Assembly: GCA_035550455.1 (NCBI GenBank)
Contig: DASZPC010000534.1
Coordinates: 1 to 27,078 of the forward strand
DNA from: Chitinophagales bacterium
GTDB lineage: Bacteria; Bacteroidota; Bacteroidia; Chitinophagales; LD1
Length of the DNA: 27,078 nucleotides
Reading direction: 5' to 3'
Numbering within the stretch: the stretch's first letter is position 1; every line of letters begins with the position of its first letter. Below, one piece after another: positions 17,893 through 26,027 of this stretch. Position numbers and translations under genes: made by a program. The notes under the pieces were generated by a model, which was given only the letters and a program-made list of their open reading frames with translations, had not been told where the DNA came from and made no database searches.

Positions 17893-17900
17893 CAAAAATA
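17893..17900 (-). promoter_or_regulatory. Putative -7 element (TATTTTTG) for the PorP/SprF gene, abutting the porU start
   Basis: Exact TAnnTTTG match on the minus strand about 67 nt upstream of the PorP/SprF start in the divergent region. No clear -33 box was verified. Confidence 0.4.
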
Positions 17901-20900
17901 ATGATGCAAACGGTATATCGTGCTTTTAACAAAAGAATTTCGGGCTACGGCGCCCTCTTTTGCTTTTTAACAGCAGGGTTATTGGTTTCATTCAATGTAA
18001 AGGCACAGGATTTTGCCCGGAAAATAACCTGGAGCGCCCAGCCCCAAAGCTTTACCCTGGTGGGCAATATAACCCTTACCCTGCCTACTTTTACGGGGGC
18101 GGCGCATTTTCAGCAATATAATATGTTGCCTGTTTACCGTGAGCTTTTGCCTGTAGGCGCTGATGGAACGGTTTCGGCACAAATAGTAAACCCTGTATAT
18201 GAACCGGCGGGCGCTATTGATAAGAGCTGCCTTACATATATAAGTAACACCTTACAGCCAACCGCTGAAATGGCTTATTACCGGAAAACGCCCCGGGCAA
18301 GTGTTTACTTTTTGCCTTTCAGGAAGAACCCCTCCACCGGGGCGGTTGAAAGGCTGGTTTCGTTTACCATACGCTTAAAAGTAACCCCTAAAATGCAGTT
18401 GCGGGCCACTAACGGCTATGCCGGGGCCTCGGTTTTGGCAAGCGGTACGTGGTACAAACTGGAGGTAAGCGCCGATGGCATTTATAAAATTGATTACAAT
18501 TTTTTGAAGAAGACTATAGGTATTGACCCGGCTTCGGTAAGCCTGAACAAACTGGCTGTTTTTGGCAATGGCGGCGGCATGGTGCCCGACCAAAACTCGG
18601 TAGCGCGGCCCGATGACCTTACCGAGAACCCGACTATGGTGGTTGATAATAACGGCAACAATAAATTTGACGATGGCGACTACCTGTTGTTTTACGGCCA
18701 AATGCCCGATGCCTGGAGCTATAATAGCACTACCGGACGGTACAGCCACCAAAAAAACCTTTACAGCGATAAGACCTATTATTTTTTAACTACCGATGCG
18801 GGTACCGGAAAACGGGTACCGGTAAGCAGTGCCGGTGGCAGCGCCAACGTAACCGTTACCGACTTTGACGACCATGTTTTTCATGAAACGGATAAGTATA
18901 ACCTGCTGCAAAGCGGCAGGGAATGGTTGGGGGAACAAATGACGAGCTTTAGCAATACCCAGAATTTTTCGTTCAGCTTTCCGAATATAGAGACGGGGAC
19001 GCCGATATATTTTGCCTCGGCGCTGGGTATTAACTCCACCTACTCATCAACCACTACCACCAGCCTTAACGGGCAGCAGGTGGTTTCGCGGTACGATGGC
19101 GGCATTAGCCCCAATGAATATCAATACGCTTATGACAGCTACACCGATACAGTTGATTACAATGCAGGCAGCGCCCAGATAAACGTGGCCTACCGGTTTA
19201 ATGTAAGCGCCGACCCATCGGGCACGGCATCGAGCTATATAAACTGGTTTGAACTACAGGTAAAACGCAAACTGAGCTTAAGCGGCGATGCGATGACATT
19301 CAGAAATGCGGCCAGTGTGGGAACCGGGAAAGTTTCCAATTTTATATTGAGCGGCGCCTCGGGCAACACACAGGTGTGGGATGTAACCAGTTTAGGCAGC
19401 ATAACACAAATGCAGGGCAACCTGAACGGGTCGGATTTTTCGTTTACCACCGCTACCGACCAGCTAAAAGAGTTTATAGCGTTTAATACGAACGGAAGTT
19501 TTGACAACCCGGGCTATGATGGTACTGTAGCCAACCAAAACCTGCATGGTATTAACCAGGCTACGCTGGTGATAGTAACCGCCGATGATTTTGTTTCATC
19601 ATCGAATGATTTGGCGGCGTTCCACCGCTCGAATGATAATATTACTGTAACTGTGGCGCTGGTAAGCCAGATATATAATGAGTTTGGCAGCGGCAAGCCG
19701 GATATTTCGGCCATCAGGGATTTTGTAAAAATGCTGTACGACCGTGCGGGTGGCGATACCAGTAAAATGCCGCGCTATGTATTGTTAATGGGCGATGGGT
19801 CGTATGACCCGAAGGGGCGGATAGCGAACTCGAATAACTATGTTACGGCTTATGAAAGCTACAATTCATACAACCCTTTGTCATCGTACACCAGTGATGA
19901 TTTTTTTGGCCTGTTAGATGCCAACGAGGGCGGTGTAATTGAAAACGGCACCCAGCTAATGGATGTAGCCGTAGGCCGCCTGCCGGTGGAGAGCGAAAGT
20001 GAGGCGGCAGATATGGTAACCAAGATTAAGAATTACAAAAAGTTGAATGCCGGTTGTACCACCTGTGTGCAAACGGCCACCAATAACAGTTGGCGCAATA
20101 TAGTTACCATGGTAGCCGATTATTTATACAACGGGGGCGTTTCGTTTGAAACCAATTCAGATACGCTGGCTAAAAGGGCGCAAAGAAGCTACCCGCAGTA
20201 TAATTACAATAAGATTTATACCGATGCTTATAAAATTGTAACCACCCCTGCGGGTGACAGGTTCCCGGATGTGAATGCGGCGATACAGAACCGGATAAAT
20301 GCAGGCACGCTTTTAATAAACTGGGTGGGGCACGGCAGCGAGGTAAGCTGGTCGAACGCGCGGATTTTTAATTACTCGGATGCAGTGCAACTGCAAAACC
20401 AGTATTATCCGCTGTTTATTACTGCCACCTGCGATTTTAGCCGTTATGACCTACCCGACCGCACAGCAGGCGAGGAACTGGTGGTAAATGGTAAGGGCGG
20501 TGGCATAGGCTGTATTACCACCGTAAGGTTGGTTTATGAATACGCGAACCAGGCCATTAACCAGGCCATATTTAATTACATATTTGCCGAATATGCAGGC
20601 CGGTACCCTACTATGGGCGAGGTAACCATGCTAAGCAAAAACGCGGCACTTACCGACCAGATAAATACCCGGAAATTTACCCTGCTTGGCGACCCGGCAC
20701 TGGAACTGGACTATCCGCGCTACCATGTAGCTACCACGTATGTAAATGACAAGCCAATTTCGGGGGCGCAGGATACCCTGAAGGCCCTTACACAGGTAAC
20801 CATAAAAGGCGAGATAAGAGATGATAATAATGCCAAGATGACGGGTTTTTCGGGTACCGTATACCCGGTTATTTATGATAAAATAAGCAACATTACCACC

Positions 20901-21803
20901 CTGAACAATAATAATTACGACCAGACGTATACTTTCCAGATGTACAAGAACATTTTGTTTAAGGGCAAGGCGAGTGTTACCAATGGCGAATTCAGCTTTA
21001 CGTTTATAGTGCCACGCGATATAAACTACCAGTTTGGCAACGGCAGGATAAGCTACTATGCCGATAACGGCAACAACCAGGATGCCAATGGTTATAGTAA
21101 CGATATCCTTATTGGCGGTTCATCGGACACGGCGCATATTTCCACCACAGGGCCAAAGGTGGATTTGTATATGGACGACCTGAAGTTTGTTTTTGGCGGC
21201 ACCACCAATACCAGCCCCATGCTGCTGGTTGAATTACAGGATGCAGGGGGCATAAATACGGCCGGCAACGGCGTTGGCCATGACCTTACGGCCACCCTTG
21301 ACGGCGATGCCCAGAACCCCATTGTGCTGAACGATTATTACCAAAGCGCCCTGAATGACTATACCAAAGGCGAAATACGCTACCCCTTCAGTACCCTTAG
21401 CGAGGGGCGGCATACGCTTAAAGTAAAGGCCTGGGATATTTATAACAACTCGACCGAGGCTTACACCGAGTTTGTTGTAACAAACAATACGAAGCTTTCG
21501 TTAAATCACGTGTATAACTACCCGAACCCGTTTACAACGCATACCGAGTTTATGTTTGAGCACAATATGCCGTGCGATGTATTTAATGTAAGCGTGCAGA
21601 TATATTCAGTAAGTGGTAAGCTGGTAAAAAGCATAGTGGAGCAGGTGCAGAGCACCGGTTACCGTGTTGACGGTATAGAATGGGATGGCCTGGATGATTA
21701 CGGAAGCCCGATAGGCAAAGGGGTTTATGTATATAAATTAAGTGTACGGGACCAGAATGGGCTTACGGCACACAAATTTGAAAAATTAGTGGTTTTAAGG
21801 TAG
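17901..21803 (+). CDS. porU: Type IX secretion system sortase PorU (peptidase C25)
   Basis: Signal peptide ending VKA|Q, SVLASGTWYKL, C25 domain with LLMGDGSYD, SDDFFG, VGRLP, catalytic WVGHG (20331) and TATCD (20430) 33 residues apart, and LLGDPAL. It ends in a T9SS CTD (YNYPNPF...GVYVYKL...KLVVLR). Start is 17889 (GTG), 17901 or 17904 (ATG). Confidence 0.97.
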   Translation: MMQTVYRAFNKRISGYGALFCFLTAGLLVSFNVKAQDFARKITWSAQPQSFTLVGNITLTLPTFTGAAHFQQYNMLPVYRELLPVGADGTVSAQIVNPVYEPAGAIDKSCLTYISNTLQPTAEMAYYRKTPRASVYFLPFRKNPSTGAVERLVSFTIRLKVTPKMQLRATNGYAGASVLASGTWYKLEVSADGIYKIDYNFLKKTIGIDPASVSLNKLAVFGNGGGMVPDQNSVARPDDLTENPTMVVDNNGNNKFDDGDYLLFYGQMPDAWSYNSTTGRYSHQKNLYSDKTYYFLTTDAGTGKRVPVSSAGGSANVTVTDFDDHVFHETDKYNLLQSGREWLGEQMTSFSNTQNFSFSFPNIETGTPIYFASALGINSTYSSTTTTSLNGQQVVSRYDGGISPNEYQYAYDSYTDTVDYNAGSAQINVAYRFNVSADPSGTASSYINWFELQVKRKLSLSGDAMTFRNAASVGTGKVSNFILSGASGNTQVWDVTSLGSITQMQGNLNGSDFSFTTATDQLKEFIAFNTNGSFDNPGYDGTVANQNLHGINQATLVIVTADDFVSSSNDLAAFHRSNDNITVTVALVSQIYNEFGSGKPDISAIRDFVKMLYDRAGGDTSKMPRYVLLMGDGSYDPKGRIANSNNYVTAYESYNSYNPLSSYTSDDFFGLLDANEGGVIENGTQLMDVAVGRLPVESESEAADMVTKIKNYKKLNAGCTTCVQTATNNSWRNIVTMVADYLYNGGVSFETNSDTLAKRAQRSYPQYNYNKIYTDAYKIVTTPAGDRFPDVNAAIQNRINAGTLLINWVGHGSEVSWSNARIFNYSDAVQLQNQYYPLFITATCDFSRYDLPDRTAGEELVVNGKGGGIGCITTVRLVYEYANQAINQAIFNYIFAEYAGRYPTMGEVTMLSKNAALTDQINTRKFTLLGDPALELDYPRYHVATTYVNDKPISGAQDTLKALTQVTIKGEIRDDNNAKMTGFSGTVYPVIYDKISNITTLNNNNYDQTYTFQMYKNILFKGKASVTNGEFSFTFIVPRDINYQFGNGRISYYADNGNNQDANGYSNDILIGGSSDTAHISTTGPKVDLYMDDLKFVFGGTTNTSPMLLVELQDAGGINTAGNGVGHDLTATLDGDAQNPIVLNDYYQSALNDYTKGEIRYPFSTLSEGRHTLKVKAWDIYNNSTEAYTEFVVTNNTKLSLNHVYNYPNPFTTHTEFMFEHNMPCDVFNVSVQIYSVSGKLVKSIVEQVQSTGYRVDGIEWDGLDDYGSPIGKGVYVYKLSVRDQNGLTAHKFEKLVVLR

Positions 21804-21838
21804 TTTTACTTTTTGAAGGAAGGAATAAATTAAAATTC

Positions 21839-23161
21839 ATGTTTGGAACTAAAAGGATTTCTGCGGTTTTGATTTTAAGCCTTGTAATACAACTTGTGCA
21901 GGCACAGGTTACAGGCATTAAGACGGGTGCGGGCGACATTAAAACGGTAACGACGGCTGTTCCGTTTTTGCGCATTGACCCAGATGCACACACCGGCGGT
22001 ATGGGCGATGTAGGCCTGGCTTCGGACCCCGATGTAAACGCCATATATGTAAACCCTGCCAAGCTGGCTTTTGTAGAAAAAGACTACGGTTTTTCGCTCA
22101 GTTTCAGCCCCTGGTTAAAGGCGCTGGTTAACGATATTTACCTGGCCAGCCTGAACGGCTACTACAAGGTAAAGAAACAACAAACCATAGGCGTATCGCT
22201 CAGGTATTTTTCAATGGGCGAGATTTCGTTTACCGGTATAAATAACGAAGACCTGGGTCAGTTCAGGCCCAATGAGTTTGCCATTGATGTGCATTACTCG
22301 CGTATTTTGGGCAAGTATTTTTCGATAGCCGCTTCGCTTCGCTACATTTATTCAAACCTGGCAACCGGGCAAAGCGTAGATGGCGCTTTAGTTAAACCAG
22401 GTATGGCCGGCGCGGGCGATATTTCGTGGTATTTCCACAAAACCTTTAATGAAAATTCGGAACACAAGCTGCAACATACCTTCTCAACCGGTATGGACAT
22501 ATCGAACATAGGCAGCAAAATTTCCTATACATCCAGCATTGTTAAAGATTATATACCCACTAACCTGGGCATTGGTTTTGGCTATACGCTGGATATTGAC
22601 AAGCACAGTTCGGTGAGCGTATACACCGATTTTAATAAGCTTATGGTGCCTTCGCCAACCGATAAATACGACAGCGTTAACAAGACTTATTATTTTAAGG
22701 AGCAGTCATCGATAAAAGGTATGTTCACCTCGTTTGGCGATGCCCCTGCCCTGCAGGAATTGCGTTACATAACCACCAGCATAGGTGCGGAGTATTTTTA
22801 TAACCACCAGTTTGGTGTACGCTTTGGCTATTTTTACGAGCACCCCACAGCAGGCGGCAGGCAGTATGTAACTGCGGGCCTTACTGTAAAATACAGTGTT
22901 GCCACGCTGCATTTTTCGTACCTGATACCTACTACCATTATCCGCAACCCGCTTGATAATACTTTACGGTTTACCTTACTGTTCGACTTTGCGCAGGGTG
23001 GTAAAAAATCAAGCGACAACAGCGGTGTATCGCTGGTAGATGATACGCCCAAGAAGAAAAAGAAAGATAAAGAAGACAACAAGGCTACTGAGCAGGTGAA
23101 ACCCACAGCACCTACACAAACCCCACCGGCACCGGCGGAAGATGAGTCGAACCCTAAATAA
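21839..23161 (+). CDS. porV: Type IX secretion system outer-membrane shuttle PorV
   Basis: TTAVPFLRIDPDAHTGGMGD, NPAKLAF, SFSPWLKALVNDIYL, SLRYFSMGEI, SLRYIYSNL, GAEY..N.QFGVRFGYFYE and NTLRFTLLFDF. It lies directly after porU. Confidence 0.96.
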   Translation: MFGTKRISAVLILSLVIQLVQAQVTGIKTGAGDIKTVTTAVPFLRIDPDAHTGGMGDVGLASDPDVNAIYVNPAKLAFVEKDYGFSLSFSPWLKALVNDIYLASLNGYYKVKKQQTIGVSLRYFSMGEISFTGINNEDLGQFRPNEFAIDVHYSRILGKYFSIAASLRYIYSNLATGQSVDGALVKPGMAGAGDISWYFHKTFNENSEHKLQHTFSTGMDISNIGSKISYTSSIVKDYIPTNLGIGFGYTLDIDKHSSVSVYTDFNKLMVPSPTDKYDSVNKTYYFKEQSSIKGMFTSFGDAPALQELRYITTSIGAEYFYNHQFGVRFGYFYEHPTAGGRQYVTAGLTVKYSVATLHFSYLIPTTIIRNPLDNTLRFTLLFDFAQGGKKSSDNSGVSLVDDTPKKKKKDKEDNKATEQVKPTAPTQTPPAPAEDESNPK

Positions 23162-23182
23162 AAAGCCAAGCAAGAATACTGG

Positions 23183-23210
23183 AAGCCCCTTTTATGGGGC
23201 TTTTTTGTTT
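23183..23210 (+). terminator. Rho-independent terminator of porU-porV
   Basis: AAGCCCC-TTTTAT-GGGGCTT followed by TTTTGTTT, 21 nt after the porV stop and immediately before the convergent arsC stop. Confidence 0.85.
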
Positions 23211-23657
23211 TTATGATAATTGGCTGTGAGAAGGAAATGAGCTAATAAAATTGATTACGCCGGCTTTTATTTCGTCCCTTATTTTTCGTGTTTGTATAAG
23301 TTTATCATGGTACGAACCGGAAAAGGCCGAGGGGTCGGCGAAATCCCAATTTAATTTTTTGTGCATACCCGGAAATACAGGGCACCTTTCAGCATTTTTT
23401 GCATCGCACACGGTTATTACATACGAAAAGGATTTTCCCTGGTGAAGCAGGCTGAAAACATCTTTAGTTGTATTAGCGGAAATATCTATACCATCCTCCT
23501 TCATTACAGCTACCGCCAGCGGGTTTAGTACGCCCGGCTCAAGCCCGGCACTTTCGGGCGCAAACCGGCTGCCGCCTAAATTTTTCAAATAAGCTTCCGC
23601 CATTTGGCTGCGCGCTGAATTATGAATGCAGAGGAATAAAACTTTTATTCTATCCAT
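23211..23657 (-). CDS. arsC: Arsenate reductase ArsC, LMW-PTP (thioredoxin-coupled) type
   Basis: P-loop CIHNSARSQMAE, SAGLEPG, ITVCD and RCP (resolving Cys pair), and WDFADP. It lies in an operon with arsM and arsR. Confidence 0.9.
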   Translation of the reverse strand: MDRIKVLFLCIHNSARSQMAEAYLKNLGGSRFAPESAGLEPGVLNPLAVAVMKEDGIDISANTTKDVFSLLHQGKSFSYVITVCDAKNAERCPVFPGMHKKLNWDFADPSAFSGSYHDKLIQTRKIRDEIKAGVINFISSFPSHSQLS

Positions 23658-23678
23658 TTTTTGCGGGTTACGGGCGGG

Positions 23679-24518
23679 TTACGAACAGCAGCCCGGGGCA
23701 CAGCATTTGTCTTTGGGTTTTTCAGCATATACGGTTATGCTGAAAATTCCCATGCCGCTTTGTTTATAGGTTTCGGTTTTTTCTTTAGTAAGGTAGCGCA
23801 ACAAAATATCATCAGGAATAATGATTGGGTTTTCTTTTTGTATTGAAATATTGGCGAACCCCGCCTCATTTATAAGTGACAGGTAATTGCTTTTAGCCAA
23901 AGCCCCAGCCACACAGCCTGCATACATTTCGGCATCCTTTAATAGTTCTGCGGGTAAATCGCCAACGAGTACCACATCGCTGATGCTGAAGTGCCCACCG
24001 GGTTTTAAAACGCGGTAAATTTCGCTAAAGGCTTTTTTCTTATCGGGCACCAGGTTTAATACGCAGTTGCTGACTATTACATCGGCTACATTGATGCCCA
24101 CCGGAACATTTTCAATTTCGCCCTGACGGAATTCAACATTATTGAAGCCCAGTTTTTGAGCATGGCTTCGGGCTTTTGCAATCATAGCTTCTGTGAAATC
24201 AATCCCGATTACTTTACCGGTTTCGCCTGTTTCGTGCCGGGCAACAAAGCAGTCGTTACCGGCACCCGAGCCCAAATCGATAACGATGTCGCCTTTTTTG
24301 ATTTTTGCAAATTCAGTTGGCAGCCCGCATCCAAGGCCAAGGTCGGCATCGGGATTATAGCCCTGAACAGCAGAGTAATCATCGGTCATTATATTGTATA
24401 CCTCGGTAGAGCAACAACCTGACCCACAACAAGACGACTGGTTAGTGGTTTTATCCTGTAAGGCAATAGCGGTGTATTTTTGCCTTACCATGGCTTTTAT
24501 TTCTTCCGGCGTTTCCAT
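23679..24518 (-). CDS. arsM: Arsenite S-adenosylmethionine methyltransferase
   Basis: The true start is probably METPEEIK at 24518, since the track's 24650 start overlaps arsR. Motifs: LGLGCGLP, SAM motif IDLGSGAGND, IGIDFTEAMI, VIVSNCVLNL, YAGCVAGA, and Cys-rich termini. Confidence 0.95.
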   Translation of the reverse strand: METPEEIKAMVRQKYTAIALQDKTTNQSSCCGSGCCSTEVYNIMTDDYSAVQGYNPDADLGLGCGLPTEFAKIKKGDIVIDLGSGAGNDCFVARHETGETGKVIGIDFTEAMIAKARSHAQKLGFNNVEFRQGEIENVPVGINVADVIVSNCVLNLVPDKKKAFSEIYRVLKPGGHFSISDVVLVGDLPAELLKDAEMYAGCVAGALAKSNYLSLINEAGFANISIQKENPIIIPDDILLRYLTKEKTETYKQSGMGIFSITVYAEKPKDKCCAPGCCS

Positions 24519-24531
24519 ATATGTTTTTTTA

Positions 24532-24870
24532 TCAGCAGCAATTACGCTTTTCTTCAAAGCTTTTTGTTTTAGTGAAAAATTGCGCAAAAGTTTTTTCAAA
24601 TCTTCCGAATACCTCCCAATTAATACAATAACATGATTTAGGCCCTTCAACAGTGCCTTTGATTAATCCGGCGCTCAGTAATTCTTTAAGGTGTTGCGAT
24701 ACCGTGGATTGGGCAAGTGGCAGCACCTCGACTATTTCGCCGCAAATGCAGGTATCTTTTTGAGCGAGTGTTTTGAGAATTGCCACACGTGCCGGGTGGC
24801 TTACCGCTTTTGCAAAGGCCGCCAGCTCAACTTCTTTATCGCTAAACTCGTTCTTTTTGTTTACTGCCAT
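24532..24870 (-). CDS. arsR: ArsR/SmtB-family metalloregulator
   Basis: [21 protein letters not shown] (CxC box), [19 protein letters not shown] in the wing and C-terminal CC. It is the first gene of the ars operon. Confidence 0.95.
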   Translation of the reverse strand: MAVNKKNEFSDKEVELAAFAKAVSHPARVAILKTLAQKDTCICGEIVEVLPLAQSTVSQHLKELLSAGLIKGTVEGPKSCYCINWEVFGRFEKTFAQFFTKTKSFEEKRNCC

Positions 24871-24881
24871 AGCTTCATCTA

Positions 24882-24901
24882 TTATCGCAAATATACGATA
24901 A
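24882..24901 (-). promoter_or_regulatory. Putative ArsR operator overlapping the -7 promoter element
   Basis: Perfect 6-8-6 inverted repeat TTATCG-N8-CGATAA, 12-31 nt upstream of the arsR ATG. The 8-nt spacer read on the minus strand is TATATTTG, an exact TAnnTTTG. Confidence 0.72.
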
Positions 24902-24959
24902 AATAAATTGAGAATAAAAATTGGAGGATAAAAATTTTACGGGCCCGGGTAAACGGGGG

Positions 24960-25985
24960 TTAGTCTTGATGGGGAATACCGAGGTATTCGTTGCGGTATA
25001 TTTGCAGCAACAGAATAAAGTATGAAATAACCATAGGGCCGAAAATGATGCCCACGAAACCAAAGAGGTCGATACCCAGCAGGATGCCAAAGAAAGTGAT
25101 AAGCGGGTGTACATCGCCAAGCTTACGTATAACCACCAGGCGGAAAACATTTTCGACAACAGACATTACCACCGCGCTGTATATACCTATAAAGATGGCC
25201 GCCCCGTGGCGCCCGGAAGCATAGTAAATAAGGCAGGCGGGAATCCATACTAAACCGGTGCCCACCGCCGGTACCACGCTTGAAATACCCGTTAACACCG
25301 CCCAGAAAAACGGCTGAGGCAAACCCGCTATGGAATAGCCAATAAGGGCTACTATAGTTTGCATAACCGCCAGGGCTGCTATGCCAATAGAGTTGGAAAC
25401 AGTTTGCCGGTTAAGCTGGCGCAAGAGCAGTTGGTTATTCTTTTTATCGAAGGGGAGGTATTTTTTTGCCTCGGCCTCCAGTGCGCGGGCATTCATAAGC
25501 ATAAAAAAGAGCAGGAAGTACTGCACAAAAATATCGACGATGGCATTGAAAGTGGCCGAGAGGAAACCCGGCAGGGCATTGGCTGCCAGTGAGGTTAACT
25601 TATTTACACTATCGGAAGTAAGGAGGTCAACCCCCAGGTAGGCTTTTATTTTTTCGCTCCATTGCTGTGCCATAACCAGTATATCCTGATAGTGGTTAAC
25701 CATGTAGCCCACCTTGCCTGAAAGCATTAGCGAAACCAGCAGCACGGGCAATACGAGCACCACAAACGAAAGCACCAGCAAAACCGAAACGGCCAGCGGT
25801 ACAGGCCATTTGCGGCGGGCTTTTTCGGTAAGATAAAAGAGGGGCCTGCGCAATAGTATATAAAACACCAGGGCCCCCAGAAAAGGGCTTACAAAACCCC
25901 GCAACAGGTACAGCAAAAAACCGCCCAGTGCAAAAAGGGCGAAAAGGAAAATGCCTTGCTTTAATTTGCCGTTATCGAGGTGCAT
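24960..25985 (-). CDS. AI-2E family (UPF0118/PerM) transporter
   Basis: Hydrophobic N-terminal helices with PFLGALVFYILLRRP, an amphipathic mid-region, FFWAVLTGISSVVPAVGTGLVWIP, VENVFRL, VHPLITFFGILLGIDLFGFVGIIFGP. Confidence 0.92.
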   Translation of the reverse strand: MHLDNGKLKQGIFLFALFALGGFLLYLLRGFVSPFLGALVFYILLRRPLFYLTEKARRKWPVPLAVSVLLVLSFVVLVLPVLLVSLMLSGKVGYMVNHYQDILVMAQQWSEKIKAYLGVDLLTSDSVNKLTSLAANALPGFLSATFNAIVDIFVQYFLLFFMLMNARALEAEAKKYLPFDKKNNQLLLRQLNRQTVSNSIGIAALAVMQTIVALIGYSIAGLPQPFFWAVLTGISSVVPAVGTGLVWIPACLIYYASGRHGAAIFIGIYSAVVMSVVENVFRLVVIRKLGDVHPLITFFGILLGIDLFGFVGIIFGPMVISYFILLLQIYRNEYLGIPHQD

Positions 25986-26027
25986 TGGTACAAAGAAAGA
26001 GGAAAAAGGGAAATAAGACGGAAGATA

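Noticed and set aside
22834-23169. 111-aa minus-strand ORF opposite the PorV tail
   Set aside because: It is the antisense shadow of low-complexity coding sequence, with no motif or plausible expression signal.
23663-23683. Tandem GCGGGTTACG repeat at the arsM-arsC junction
   Set aside because: There are only two copies with an 11-nt period. This looks like a local slippage duplication around the stop codon, not a CRISPR or target-site duplication.
24519-24650. 44-aa N-terminal extension of ArsM in the ORF track
   Set aside because: It overlaps arsR in another frame; the ATG at 24518, 13 nt after the arsR stop, gives a normal ArsM.
24936-24953. GC-rich near-palindrome downstream of the AI-2E gene
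   Set aside because: It forms no consistent stem-loop, so I cannot call it a terminator.
23211-24960. ars operon as a mobile island
   Set aside because: No integrase, transposase, tRNA or flanking repeats are visible, and I cannot quantify a compositional shift by eye.
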